A DNA stretch of 64,000 nucleotides. Source: Oligoflexales bacterium (lineage in GTDB: Bacteria > Bdellovibrionota_B > Oligoflexia > Oligoflexales > CAIYRB01). Below, piece after piece: positions 39,693 through 50,148 of this stretch (position 1 is its first letter; every line of letters begins with the position of its first letter). The position numbers and the translations under genes are program-made. The stretch lies in NCBI GenBank assembly GCA_041736175.1, contig JBGSUI010000240.1:48415-112414 (forward strand), read 5' to 3'. The notes beneath the pieces were generated by a model, which saw only the letters and a program-made list of their open reading frames with translations, was not told the DNA's origin and searched no databases.

Positions 39693-40313
39693 CTATTTAA
39701 GGGCAGCTACGATTTTTGGTTCGATCGCATCCACCCCGTCCGCCGAGCGAAACCGCGCTAAGACCTTACCATCCTTATTGACTAGGAATTTTTCAAAATT
39801 CCACTGGACAGTTCCCTTATCCGGGGCGAGTTGGCTTAGGGTCTTAAAAAGCGGCTGGGCATCGTCACCTTTGACTTTACCTTTGGCCATAAGAGGGAAC
39901 TTTACTCCGTAGTTGACCTCACAAAACTTTGCGATCTCCTTTTCGGTACCAGGGTCTTGGTTAAAATCATCGCTGGGAAATCCTAAAACCACAAGCCCTT
40001 GGGGTTGGTACTTTTGGTAGAGTTGTTGGAGATCTTTGAATTGGGGAGTGTATCCACATTTCGACGCTGTATTGACCACAAGGATCGTCTTGCCAAGCAA
40101 CGACTGGGATTTGAAATCTTTGCCGCCGATGGTTTTGAGGGGGATTTGACCCCACTCAACCTTCGAAGCATCCCCCACATGCGTTCCTTGGGGCGCGGGC
40201 GTAGGGGATTTCCCTTCGGCATAAGCCATTGTCCCGTAACCGATACAAGTCGCTAAACTAGCGATCGCCATATACCTGACAAATCCGACAAAGATATTTT
40301 TATTAAATCCCAT
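39693..40313 (-). CDS. Glutathione peroxidase (Cys type) with signal peptide
   Basis: VNTASKCGYTPQ, LGFPSDDF, WNFEKFLV. Confidence 0.92.
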   Translation of the reverse strand: MGFNKNIFVGFVRYMAIASLATCIGYGTMAYAEGKSPTPAPQGTHVGDASKVEWGQIPLKTIGGKDFKSQSLLGKTILVVNTASKCGYTPQFKDLQQLYQKYQPQGLVVLGFPSDDFNQDPGTEKEIAKFCEVNYGVKFPLMAKGKVKGDDAQPLFKTLSQLAPDKGTVQWNFEKFLVNKDGKVLARFRSADGVDAIEPKIVAALK

Positions 40314-40434
40314 CTTGATGCTCCACCCATTTAAATTAAATCCCTTCGACTACCCAACTTCCCATGAGTTGGTGACTGGATTCAGTTTGGCGGATTGCAT
40401 TTCTCTTGGCAAGGACCTTCGTCTCTAAAGCTGG

Positions 40435-41721
40435 TCAAGGAGGAGATACTTTTTTAATCTTAACCTTGATTTCTTGGCTGAGATTCCAACTTAAGACCTC
40501 GCTTAACTTGTCTTCTGGAATTTCAATCGACTCTAAATCTTTGAGGGCAACTCCACCATCATACTTAGCTTCGAGGTAACCTAACCATTCAGTATCAATC
40601 AGATTCCACCAGCGGCTTTTTTGACTTTCCAGACTCCCATGGCCGACAGTCGCCTGGAGTGCCGTGGCAAGTTCGTCTTTTTTGCTATTTTTTCGCAGCA
40701 TATTAATCAAGGTCAAGCGAAACCATTCATCATAATGCTTTGGAGCAATCACCGTTCGCGAGTAAGCAAGTCGCTCTTCAAACCCCGGGTTAAAGTTTGG
40801 CATACTCGCTAGAACCTTTTGATTGCAACTTTCGTAGCATGGATATTTTTCTGGATCTAGGGGAAGATCGGCAAAATTGAAAGCTTCTGCTTTTTGAGAG
40901 CCCACTTTTGATCGAGCTGCTTGACAGGAATTCGATTGGAGTTCTTTGGTGTAAACGGTGCATTTGCATTGGGTTTCACAAACCTTAATCCGAGCATTCT
41001 TCATGAAACTAAACGCACTCGAATAGGTGGCAAAAGTTACTGCGTTTTTAGGGGGCTGCGAGGCTGGCTTGAAACGTAAAATAACTTCTCCATATTGCGG
41101 CCGCCCATCACGAGGCCCCACTGCTGTAAAGACGCACCCAAAAGCACCGTAGAGTGCTTCCTCTTGGGGAGGGGTTACTTTAGCTTTGATCGTTGGTTGG
41201 TTTTCACCAGTTTCCGCCACCGCAAATTGACTCCGTTTGGGGGAGTTTAAAAACCCACTTTCTAAAATCGGCTTTAGCACTTCCAGATGTATGCTTTGAG
41301 CGGGCTGATCTCCTGAAAGTGTCCCTAAGATTTTTTCGTCCCTAAAAAAAGTAGTTCGATGGGTGTTACCGGGTGGCATCATCAGTTCTGCCGTTTCGAA
41401 TAGCTTTTGCTCTGAGTCCGACAAGATCCCCACGCTTTCTGCCAGTTCATTGAGATTTGCCGCAGAAATGACATCAAAAGCTCTTTGAGGATCTTTTGGT
41501 GAAACATTGAGGCCATCTTTTGCAGCAGCCTCGATCAGTGGAAGACCACAGCCATAATAAGTCCCACCTGCCTGGCCTTCACCGAGCGCTTGGGGGGAAT
41601 CCGACAACTGGGACCGACTCGATGACCCAGTCGGTTGGCACCCTTGATGCCAAAAAAAGACCGAGAGAGTTAAAAATTTGAATTCTAAACGATGATTGAT
41701 TTTTTTCATAATAAACCTCAC
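40435..41721 (-). CDS. Hypothetical lipoprotein, possible ADP-ribosyltransferase-like fold
   Basis: Possible lipoprotein Cys (HQGC); THRT, ILESGFL, VFTAV, YGEVILRFK, YLEAK. Confidence 0.55.
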   Translation of the reverse strand: MRFIMKKINHRLEFKFLTLSVFFWHQGCQPTGSSSRSQLSDSPQALGEGQAGGTYYGCGLPLIEAAAKDGLNVSPKDPQRAFDVISAANLNELAESVGILSDSEQKLFETAELMMPPGNTHRTTFFRDEKILGTLSGDQPAQSIHLEVLKPILESGFLNSPKRSQFAVAETGENQPTIKAKVTPPQEEALYGAFGCVFTAVGPRDGRPQYGEVILRFKPASQPPKNAVTFATYSSAFSFMKNARIKVCETQCKCTVYTKELQSNSCQAARSKVGSQKAEAFNFADLPLDPEKYPCYESCNQKVLASMPNFNPGFEERLAYSRTVIAPKHYDEWFRLTLINMLRKNSKKDELATALQATVGHGSLESQKSRWWNLIDTEWLGYLEAKYDGGVALKDLESIEIPEDKLSEVLSWNLSQEIKVKIKKVSPP

Positions 41722-41791
41722 GCTCTCTTGTCCATAGACAACTCTGGCTCAAAGGACAGGAGCCCCCTAAAGCTCCACCTGAGATTGGCTG

Positions 41792-41807
41792 TGCAACTTT
41801 AAGGCCA
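41792..41807 (-). promoter_or_regulatory. Sigma54-like -24/-12 promoter
   Basis: TGGCCT-TAAAG-TTGCA (GG-N10-GC). Confidence 0.5.
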
Positions 41808-41897
41808 CTAAAAATAAATATGATTACGGATTGTTAAATACCTAAACTAAGACTAAAAAACAACTTCTTGCTCAAGTTTTAAACGGTGGCCATAGTT

Positions 41898-43028
41898 TCA
41901 ATTTAAAGACAGATACCCATGATAGGCAATGACTTCAATCGCCATCCCTAAGTCGTGGGCCGCAGAGATTCTGTGGTGATCCACCAAATAGACGCTCCAA
42001 CCTTCTAAAGAGACAGCCGGCACTTCAAGGTTCATCTGTTTCATGTTGGCTTCGGTGATTTCAAACTTTCCATTGTGGTTGGCCCTAAGAATCGGTGATT
42101 TCCGCTTCGCGATAAATTGATTGATTTTGCTCATCAGTACGGACCCTTTCTCGCTCCCAAAAAGATCGACGCTCAGTCTTTCAAGGTCCTTATCCACCTT
42201 AAAGCTAGCAGCCTTATGAGGTTGTACTAGATAAAGGTCTTGAATCGTAGTCTCCTCGTACAGGCCCCGCTTTAGCTCCGAAAGATAGCCTCGACGTAGG
42301 ATTTCCCTCCATAACTTTATGATGTTGTTAAAATTTGTATCCCGACAATATTTAGTGCCTTCAGCACAATGGCTGTCTAGATACGTAGGATCTTTGTTTA
42401 GCAAAGCTCCCCACAAAAAACCGGGATGTAGATCGCCAGCCATTTCCCGGAAATACCATAGGTAATGATTTTGATAACGTTCTTTAACACCATCAGGCTG
42501 CTTAGGATCACGTTCAGGCCTAAACCCAGAACCTTTAACAAAAATAACTTGGTTTCCATCGACTTCCCTTACTTTGAGGGTGTGCGCATATTTTGCGTAC
42601 TGGATCGACACCAATGCTTTTTGGAGATTTTTCGGAATCAATGCTAAATGACAACTAGCTTTTTGGGCCCGGTGGCACACCATAGAGCGGATCTTTGTGG
42701 TCCAAACCTCAAGACTGGGCCTTATCCGCTCGATCTCGGAAGTATTGGAATTGATTCCTTCCCTTTGTACTAAGTCATAAAAAGCCTGTTCGTTAGTATT
42801 TGCCAGGCCCTGGGGGTTTGTCAGCTCCCGGATCCTTTGGCGGATATCACAGGAAGGGCTTCCATTGACTAAGACCGCTGATACCGAAGGTTCTGTGATG
42901 CTCTTTTGGCACGCCATCAAACCTAAAATATGGAGTAAAGTTTCGACAACAAATAGCATTTTAATTTGAGGGCTCAATAAATTCATCTTAAACCATGCCT
43001 TGGATGATTTGGTAAGGGAAAATGGCAT
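41898..43028 (-). CDS. Hypothetical lipoprotein with ParB/Srx-like C-terminal motif
   Basis: Lipobox-like LMAC; YLVDHHRISAAHDLG; start uncertain. Confidence 0.55.
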   Translation of the reverse strand: MPFSLTKSSKAWFKMNLLSPQIKMLFVVETLLHILGLMACQKSITEPSVSAVLVNGSPSCDIRQRIRELTNPQGLANTNEQAFYDLVQREGINSNTSEIERIRPSLEVWTTKIRSMVCHRAQKASCHLALIPKNLQKALVSIQYAKYAHTLKVREVDGNQVIFVKGSGFRPERDPKQPDGVKERYQNHYLWYFREMAGDLHPGFLWGALLNKDPTYLDSHCAEGTKYCRDTNFNNIIKLWREILRRGYLSELKRGLYEETTIQDLYLVQPHKAASFKVDKDLERLSVDLFGSEKGSVLMSKINQFIAKRKSPILRANHNGKFEITEANMKQMNLEVPAVSLEGWSVYLVDHHRISAAHDLGMAIEVIAYHGYLSLN

Positions 43029-43281
43029 TTCAAATATCTATGTAGCAAAATCCATGCTCGCCGTCAGAGAACCGCCAATTTTTATCCAAATACCTAATAT
43101 TATTTAAATATCGATCATTTGAAGTCGATCCACGACTCCCAGGAGTAGTCTAAGAATTTGCCGTCAGATGTTTTTTAAACAATAAAATTGTTGGCTTTCA
43201 ATCGCTCCCCAAATCGATTATAATCAAATCGCTAGTTCCCATAAATTAAAGACAACATAAGAAATGCTGAGGAGGTTTCTG

Positions 43282-44541
43282 ATGGCTTTTGCTCTTCGCA
43301 AAACACCTAAAATCCTAGTGCCCATGGTCATACTCATGGTTTCATGTTTAGCTCTTGCAACGATCCCCGTAAAATCTCACGCCTGCACCACGGCTGCTTG
43401 GTTGGCCCCAAAGACAAGCATGGATGCGCCCCTTATTTGGAAAAATCGAGATACCGATACCCTTTGGAACCGCGTCGTCTTTGTAAACGCCGCACCTCAC
43501 CGCTATGTGGGCCTTACCGATGCCCACGAAGTCTCGGGACGAGCCGTCTACGCGGGCCTTAACGACACGGGTTTTGGTATCATCAATTCCGTAGCCTACA
43601 ATCTACCCAAGGTTGCTCCTGAAATGGTCGATTTGGAAGGCTTTGTGATGGCTGATGTGTTGCGGACAGCGCGGCGGGTGGAGGATTTTGAGCGTTATTT
43701 AACCGACCACCTTGGCCCTGATCTGGGGTCCCAGGCAAATTTTTTAGTGTTTGATAGCGAGGGAGAAGTCTGGCTATTTGAAGTTCACAATCATGGATTC
43801 GAAAAATTTTCAGTGGCTGCGAATCCAGAAAAATACTTGGTCAACACCAACTTTGCCCGCAGCGGCACCCCCGGTCAAGGCGCAGGCTATTTGCGTTTTG
43901 AAAGAGCATCGAGTCTGATTGCAGCTCACCAAGGACTGGTGGATCCCGAGTTTATCATAAACTCTCTGGCTAGAGATTTTGGACATAGCCTCCTGTCTGT
44001 CCCATCAGTCCTTGAACTCGGCCAACGGAGCATTCGAGACCCCCTGTGGTTACCCACCACAGAAACCATCAATAGGGATTCAACAGCCTCATCGGTTGTG
44101 CTCCAAGGGCGTCGACAAAATCCAAAGGGCACCCCCTCCCTCGCCACCATGTGGGTTTCCTTAGGAGAGCCCGTGGCGTCCCTGGCCGTTCCCATTTGGG
44201 TCGAAGCGGGAAGGATTCCCCAAGCCCTCTCCAAAGGGACACGGGTGCCGCTCCAAGAAACCGCTATGAAACTTAAAAAAGTTTTGAGACCCTTTGCCGA
44301 AACGGAAAAACAAAAATACTTGAATCTCAGCCTTCTTAACAATAAAGAATCCATCGGAACGATTCCCCAACTTGAGACGATCCAAAACACAATCCTCAAA
44401 CAAACCGCTGCATTTATGAACCAACTCCATACTCCCGAACAGCTAGCACAGTTTCAGGATCAAATGGCCGAATTTGCATTGACCTCTCTCAATCAGATCC
44501 TTGAAGGGATTCAACAGCATCATGGGAGCATGATTCCTTAA
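43282..44541 (+). CDS. Secreted Ntn-hydrolase (C45/C69-like peptidase)
   Basis: Signal peptide ending SHA|CT; WKNRDT, GLNDTGFGIINS, NTNF; AGGAGG RBS. Confidence 0.8.
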   Translation: MAFALRKTPKILVPMVILMVSCLALATIPVKSHACTTAAWLAPKTSMDAPLIWKNRDTDTLWNRVVFVNAAPHRYVGLTDAHEVSGRAVYAGLNDTGFGIINSVAYNLPKVAPEMVDLEGFVMADVLRTARRVEDFERYLTDHLGPDLGSQANFLVFDSEGEVWLFEVHNHGFEKFSVAANPEKYLVNTNFARSGTPGQGAGYLRFERASSLIAAHQGLVDPEFIINSLARDFGHSLLSVPSVLELGQRSIRDPLWLPTTETINRDSTASSVVLQGRRQNPKGTPSLATMWVSLGEPVASLAVPIWVEAGRIPQALSKGTRVPLQETAMKLKKVLRPFAETEKQKYLNLSLLNNKESIGTIPQLETIQNTILKQTAAFMNQLHTPEQLAQFQDQMAEFALTSLNQILEGIQQHHGSMIP

Positions 44542-44719
44542 AATTCGATAAACCAGTACCAGATTATTCCATGCAAATCTTCGCTAATCCGTAGTCTTTC
44601 TCACTGATAATACTCAGTTCTATACAATCTCCCTCAAGGTCTGGCTCCACTCGCCGACCTCGGGGTTTGTATGGAGCATGGGGTTCCATCCACAACAAAT
44701 TCAAAACCTGGAGGTGAAC

Positions 44720-45622
44720 ATGGGAGATCGAATTATAGTAACTGGAGCAAGCAGTGGCTTTGGACGGTTGATCGTCCAAACACTTAGCAAAGCCGGACAC
44801 AAAGTGGTCGGGACCGTGAGAGATTCCCACGGCAAAAACCAAAAAGTCGTGCAAGAAATTCAAAAAATGGGTGCACAGGTGGTGGACCTTGATGTTACCC
44901 AAGAGTCTAGCGTCTTTGAGGGTATCCGCCTTGCTCACGAAAAGCTCGGCGGCATCGATATCGTGATCAACAACGCTGGCATCGGTGTCTTAGGTCTCCA
45001 AGAGAGCTTTACGGCAGATGATTGGCAACGGGTCTTTGACGTTAACGTCTTTGGCGTGCAAAGGATTAACCGTGCTGCATTGCCTTATTTGAGAGAGCAA
45101 GGCAAGGGGCTTTTGGTCTATATCACCAGCCTCTTAGGCCGTATGACCGTTCCCTTTTACGGACCTTATAATGCCTCTAAATTTGCACTGGAAGCTCTTG
45201 CCGAAAACTATCGTTTAGAACTCAGCTCCTTTGGTATTGAATCCTGTGTGGTCGAGCCCGGTGGCTATGGCACTGATTTTATGAATCGACTTCTGTTGCC
45301 TTCGGATCGTTCTCGCAATAAAGGTTATGGCCCCCTTGCTCAGGCCCCCGAAGAGTTTTTTAAAAATTTTGAAAAGAACCTTAAAGGTCCCGGAGCACCG
45401 AATCCCCAGTGGGTTGCCGATGCTGTCTTAAATATCATCCAAGCTCCCCGTGGCAAAAGACCCTTTCGCACCACGGTCGACCGGATGGGAATGGGCCAAG
45501 CCGTCGAACCCTATAACCGGGCTTATGAAGAGATGGTGCTGCAAGTTTACAAGGCGTTTGGGATGGGCGAAATCCTGCAACTCAATACCCAAGCACAAAC
45601 TCACCCCAAGAAAACAGGTTAA
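44720..45622 (+). CDS. Short-chain dehydrogenase/reductase
   Basis: TGASSGFG, NNAG, YNASK; GGAGG RBS. Confidence 0.92.
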   Translation: MGDRIIVTGASSGFGRLIVQTLSKAGHKVVGTVRDSHGKNQKVVQEIQKMGAQVVDLDVTQESSVFEGIRLAHEKLGGIDIVINNAGIGVLGLQESFTADDWQRVFDVNVFGVQRINRAALPYLREQGKGLLVYITSLLGRMTVPFYGPYNASKFALEALAENYRLELSSFGIESCVVEPGGYGTDFMNRLLLPSDRSRNKGYGPLAQAPEEFFKNFEKNLKGPGAPNPQWVADAVLNIIQAPRGKRPFRTTVDRMGMGQAVEPYNRAYEEMVLQVYKAFGMGEILQLNTQAQTHPKKTG

Positions 45623-45654
45623 GTCCTTGTAGAAAAATCAAGCTGAAAGCAAAC

Positions 45655-45688
45655 GACAAAGCAGCCCTGGAATCAGGGTTGCTTTGTC
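45655..45688 (+). terminator. Stem-loop after the SDR gene
   Basis: GACAAAGCAGCCCTG-GAAT-CAGGGTTGCTTTGTC. Confidence 0.6.
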
Positions 45689-45764
45689 CCTGGCCCGCCT
45701 TGACAAAGTATGATGATGAGTCCTATTTTAGAATAACTAAACAGAACCCAAGGATGGCCCCCCT

Positions 45765-46232
45765 ATGTTGTCTAAAATGATCCAAAACCTCTCAATACAC
45801 CTCACCTCAATAACCCTTTTAGCAGGTTGCCTGGCCCTGGAAACGGCAAGGGCAAACACAGCTTATCCGACTCTTTGGCAGCTTGAAAACCAATCAAAAC
45901 AGAGCATTTTGTTAACCTGTCAGGGTAAAGCTCAGGGACTGGCAAGCCCGATTATTTTACCTCTCAAAGAGCTGGGACCAACAAGCCAAGACACCTACAC
46001 CTGGGTCGGGTGGCACAATGACGGTTTAGGCCTTAATGCCGCAGCATGGACCTGTACCCTTAAAAACAAAGACACCGGCTCCGAAACCCAGCCGCAATTT
46101 CAAACCCCTCCTGGACAAAACAGCCTGATTGTTATTCGCACGACGGGCAGCCAGCTTGAACTGATTCGACTCGACGCCTCTAAAGAAACGACGGCCCAGA
46201 GTGTGACGCCGGTAACACGCCAAAAGCGATGA
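45765..46232 (+). CDS. Hypothetical secreted protein
   Basis: Signal peptide ending ARA; overlaps the next gene by ATGA. Confidence 0.65.
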   Translation: MLSKMIQNLSIHLTSITLLAGCLALETARANTAYPTLWQLENQSKQSILLTCQGKAQGLASPIILPLKELGPTSQDTYTWVGWHNDGLGLNAAAWTCTLKNKDTGSETQPQFQTPPGQNSLIVIRTTGSQLELIRLDASKETTAQSVTPVTRQKR

Positions 46233-47515
46233 GGATCTGGGTGAATCTTATTTTTTATGGTTTCCTTGGGGTTTTATCGGCCTGCCGAACATTAGGGGGC
46301 GACAGTGACACCCTGCGGGTACAACCAGAGGACAAGCCTCCAAGGTCCGGAGAATCCCTGACAGCATCGAGGGTTCTCTCCCTCAACGAGTGGGCTCGAA
46401 ACCTCCTGCAAGAAACCAGGGATTTGGATGATTTTCAGAAAATGGCCGATGACTATTTTGCCAAAAATGGGATCAAGGATGCCTTGCCCTTAAAGACCTA
46501 CACCATCAATCTTAGGCCGGGGAACGAGTGTTTTCGTGAATCTACCCCCGGACATTCTTTATGGTGGGCCAGAAATCGCGAGCAAATCGCCCGCCAAATC
46601 GAAAGCGCAGCCCAGTTTATTTTTGTTCATCATAAGGCGGTGTTAGGCAAGCCAAAAGGCCCGTTTCAAATCCGAGAAATTGAAATCTGTCCTAAAAGCA
46701 CCTCTAAATCCGATCTAAACTTTAATGCAGGAAAACTGATCATCGGCGTCCCCTACAATCTCGTACAGGGATACCGGCCCTGGACGTCAGACCAACTCCT
46801 AAGCCTCTGGCGGCAAGGTGCCCACCTTGATCCCGAAGACCTGGTCGTCAATCGGTGGCTGACTCGCAAAAAACTCATCAATCTCTGGTCTCTGTTTGAT
46901 CCCATAGGAAGCTTTCGCCTTAATATCCGCCAATCCTATGACCAGGAATCCCAAACTCTTAGCCAACGGCTGGGCCAACTCGGCACCTCTTCGAGCTTAG
47001 ATCACTGGAAAAACCTCCTCTGGGGAACCAGTGTCGATCCCCGGAGAATCCGAATCGCTAACGATGAAACTCTACGAAAGATTTGGACAGAGCAAAAATC
47101 AGGGCAGCTTCTCCAAAACTATCGCTGTTTGGTGGCAAACCCCGTCACCGCTGATGATCTCTCCTGGGGTTCCCAAGCTGTCTTCGAAAAATGGATGGGC
47201 CAACGTTCCAACAATATCGATATTAAGATCAAGGCAGGCCTCGTCGCGGTCGGCAACTATCACCAGATCGGCGTCACCTTATCCACCTACCAGGGAGCCT
47301 ATTATGAGTACCTCAATACCCAAGTCGGACCCACGGAATCCACTGTCCTAAAAGCCCAAGTCGAAGGAGGTTTAGTCGCCGTGTTTACCGTCGATGATAT
47401 CAAAGTGGATGTGGCCCTTAACGTCCTCAAACAATTAATCCCCCAATCCCTGGGGACCGCGGCCTTGGACCGGGCGACTCTGGCAACCCTAGACCAAAGA
47501 AACCTCTGTCTTTAA
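46229..47515 (+). CDS. Hypothetical lipoprotein
   Basis: Lipobox LSAC; internal repeat GLVAV x2. Confidence 0.7.
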   Translation: MRIWVNLIFYGFLGVLSACRTLGGDSDTLRVQPEDKPPRSGESLTASRVLSLNEWARNLLQETRDLDDFQKMADDYFAKNGIKDALPLKTYTINLRPGNECFRESTPGHSLWWARNREQIARQIESAAQFIFVHHKAVLGKPKGPFQIREIEICPKSTSKSDLNFNAGKLIIGVPYNLVQGYRPWTSDQLLSLWRQGAHLDPEDLVVNRWLTRKKLINLWSLFDPIGSFRLNIRQSYDQESQTLSQRLGQLGTSSSLDHWKNLLWGTSVDPRRIRIANDETLRKIWTEQKSGQLLQNYRCLVANPVTADDLSWGSQAVFEKWMGQRSNNIDIKIKAGLVAVGNYHQIGVTLSTYQGAYYEYLNTQVGPTESTVLKAQVEGGLVAVFTVDDIKVDVALNVLKQLIPQSLGTAALDRATLATLDQRNLCL

Positions 47516-47574
47516 GGCATATTTAAAGACTATAATTACTGGACATTTTTTTACATTTAAAAGGAGTTGCAACA

Positions 47575-48345
47575 ATGCGTTATGCTACAGCACGGTCTAT
47601 TAAACAGTCGACCTTACATCATGGTCTGTATTTCATACTTCTGGGCCTATTAGGCGTTCCTTTTCCCGTTATGGCTGTTGATAAACCGGTTTTGACAGCT
47701 TGTGTTGGCGATTGGGAAGGATACTCTACACCCGACCTAAAAGGTGGGGTTTATATCGATACGGTCAATCAGATTTTTTCTGAAGGATATTTGATCAAAT
47801 GGACTCGTTATAGTTTTGTTCGTTGCAGTGAAGATTTTAAGGCAGGTAAGTTCGATATACTCGTGGGAGAGAGCGATCGTGGCAAAGTGGGGGTGAAGGG
47901 TAACGTCGCCCATGATTCTGCTTTCTATAACGCAATTTACTTGAAATCAGCATTTCCAAAATGGGACGAAACGACGGCGCTAAAGGACAAAAAGATCGGA
48001 TTCGTGAGGGGGTACAATATCGATAGACTTGTTCCTTTCAAAATGAATTTCATCGAATTCAACACCCTAGAGCAAGGATTGAGACAGCTCCTCATAAAGC
48101 GCTTTGATGTCATCCTTGACGACGATTCAGATAAAATAGACAAGTTTTTGGCTAGTCCGGAATTTTCTGGAAAAGGTCTTAAGACTATCGGAACAAGTGT
48201 GAAGGAAAAAATAGTCTTAGTTTTCAAGGAAAGTCCACTAGCTACCAAGCTAGTTGCGCTGTCTGATGAAAAAATTACGGCCATGCACAAAGCGAATGCT
48301 ATAAAATCAATCTTCGACAAATACAAGCTTACCTACAAAGAATAG
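47575..48345 (+). CDS. Periplasmic substrate-binding protein (family 3-like)
   Basis: Signal peptide; GVYIDTVNQIF, KIGFVRGY, QLLIKRFDVIL. Confidence 0.75.
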   Translation: MRYATARSIKQSTLHHGLYFILLGLLGVPFPVMAVDKPVLTACVGDWEGYSTPDLKGGVYIDTVNQIFSEGYLIKWTRYSFVRCSEDFKAGKFDILVGESDRGKVGVKGNVAHDSAFYNAIYLKSAFPKWDETTALKDKKIGFVRGYNIDRLVPFKMNFIEFNTLEQGLRQLLIKRFDVILDDDSDKIDKFLASPEFSGKGLKTIGTSVKEKIVLVFKESPLATKLVALSDEKITAMHKANAIKSIFDKYKLTYKE

Positions 48346-48369
48346 CGACAAAAAATTTTATTTTAAGAT

Positions 48370-48410
48370 AAAGACACTGATAATCCCTAGAATAATCAGT
48401 GTCTTTTCTT
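48370..48410 (+). terminator. Intrinsic terminator-like hairpin
   Basis: AAAGACACTGAT...ATCAGTGTCTTT followed by a T-rich tract. Confidence 0.6.
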
Positions 48411-48451
48411 TAAGAAATGCCGTCTTCACTCAAAAAGTGACTCTCTTAAAA

Positions 48452-48478
48452 TTAAGTAAATCACTTAAACTCCGAAAA
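48452..48478 (+). promoter_or_regulatory. FliA/sigma28-like promoter
   Basis: TTAAG-N14-TCCGAAAA upstream of the kinase gene. Confidence 0.45.
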
Positions 48479-48527
48479 AGAGTTGAATAGCCCCCGTAGA
48501 TCCTTAGAGTTTAAAAGGAGTCTCAGA

Positions 48528-50030
48528 GTGAATGCCAAGGGGAATACCTCCCTCGCTCGAAAAATATTAGTTTACCTCTTTGTTGCAAGCACATCTGTCG
48601 CAGCAGTCATCACTCTGGTCACTTCCTTCGTTGACTATCGGCAACAATCACAGGAGCTCGAAAATACTACCGTCCAACTCCAAGACCTAGCCTCCCGAGG
48701 GGTTGCGGCTTTGTTATGGAACCGAGATTTAGAATCCATCGAAAATCAGCTGCGAAGTATTCTAGGTAATCCTGCTGTCCATAGCGTTGAAGTTTGGGAT
48801 GAGCAGAAAAATTCTGTTTTTAAAGCATCAAGCACTCTCACCACCCACCCCGTCTATACCTTTACACAGAACGCTCCCGTAATCTACAACGACGGTACCG
48901 AGAAAAAAATCATTGGTTCTATTTCTTTTACGATGAGCAAAGATCGAGTGATCAATGATGTCGCCTCCAGATTTTTGCTTGTGCTCATCCTAAATGGAAT
49001 TAAAGCAGTTTTGGTTTCGACTTTTATGTATATGATTCTTAAACGATTGCTCATTATCCCTATCCAAGATCTCGTGGCCTATTTTAGAAAAAATCCGCTA
49101 CCAGTCGCCGGTGATATCCGCTTAAATTTCGGCGACCGCAAAACGAAACCCGATGAATGGTCGGAGCTTGTAGACTTTGTTAATCAGCGGGAAAATTCTT
49201 TAGAGGCACTCCATAACCAGAATCTCTCGACGATAAGCACCCAAGCCCAGACCATTGAAGTGGCTAAAGAAGAGATTCAGCTTGAAAAGGCTAAGGTCGA
49301 GTTTAGTGCCCGCATGGCAGAAGTCGGGCGCATGGCTGCCGGGATTGCCCACGAAATCAATAATCCACTGGCGATTATTACTGGAAATCTTAGTCGCTTG
49401 AAGTCACTTTTAGGGGCTGCCAAAGAATTAGATGCCCGTATTTTTGAGCTTATAGAAAAGATTGAAAAATGCGGATTCCGTATTGCGAAAATTACCAGAG
49501 CCCTCCTGCTTTATTCTCATCAAGATCAGGAAATGGCATATAAACTTGTGTCTATAGAAGATCTGCTAGGCAAAGCTATCAATTTAAGTCAAGGTCGGTT
49601 TAGTGCTGCAGGTCGAAAGTTGAGTTTTCGAGATGAAGACCTAAAGTTAACGACTCAACAAGTAAGTATTGAGTGCTGCGAATCCCAAATCCTCCAGGTG
49701 TTGGTCATCCTGATCAACAACTCCTTTGATGCCATCAAGGACCAGCCCGAGGGCTGGGCAGAACTTGGAGCTAAAGTAGAAGGTGACCGGGTCCTTTTTA
49801 CGGTTACCGACTCAGGAGCTGGTATTAGTGAAGACATTGCGCAAAAGATTTTTACTCCATTCTTTACCACAAAAGCACTCGGCGAAGGAACCGGACTTGG
49901 TCTTTCCATCGCTTTCGGTGTGATCAAGGCACATCTTGGTGAGATTCAGCTGAACCGACAAGCTAAAGGGACCCAGTTTGTGGTCATGCTTCCCCTAACG
50001 CATACCCAATCTCACAAACTGGTGGCCTAG
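48528..50030 (+). CDS. Membrane sensor histidine kinase
   Basis: Two TM segments; AHEINNPL; N box; DSGAG; PFFTTK..GEGTGLGL. Confidence 0.92.
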   Translation: MNAKGNTSLARKILVYLFVASTSVAAVITLVTSFVDYRQQSQELENTTVQLQDLASRGVAALLWNRDLESIENQLRSILGNPAVHSVEVWDEQKNSVFKASSTLTTHPVYTFTQNAPVIYNDGTEKKIIGSISFTMSKDRVINDVASRFLLVLILNGIKAVLVSTFMYMILKRLLIIPIQDLVAYFRKNPLPVAGDIRLNFGDRKTKPDEWSELVDFVNQRENSLEALHNQNLSTISTQAQTIEVAKEEIQLEKAKVEFSARMAEVGRMAAGIAHEINNPLAIITGNLSRLKSLLGAAKELDARIFELIEKIEKCGFRIAKITRALLLYSHQDQEMAYKLVSIEDLLGKAINLSQGRFSAAGRKLSFRDEDLKLTTQQVSIECCESQILQVLVILINNSFDAIKDQPEGWAELGAKVEGDRVLFTVTDSGAGISEDIAQKIFTPFFTTKALGEGTGLGLSIAFGVIKAHLGEIQLNRQAKGTQFVVMLPLTHTQSHKLVA

Positions 50031-50148
50031 AAAAACCGCCCGGCTTCCAAAAATTGGTTTGTTTTGACCTTTTCGTGCGCTAAAAGGTTACCTCTTTATG
50101 AATTCAGGGCTATTTTGAGTTTTTTTCGTCAAACTGAACTTCACGAAA

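Noticed and set aside
43044..43059. Sigma54-like promoter GAGCATGGATTTTGCT on the minus strand
   Set aside because: Lacks the invariant -24 GG.
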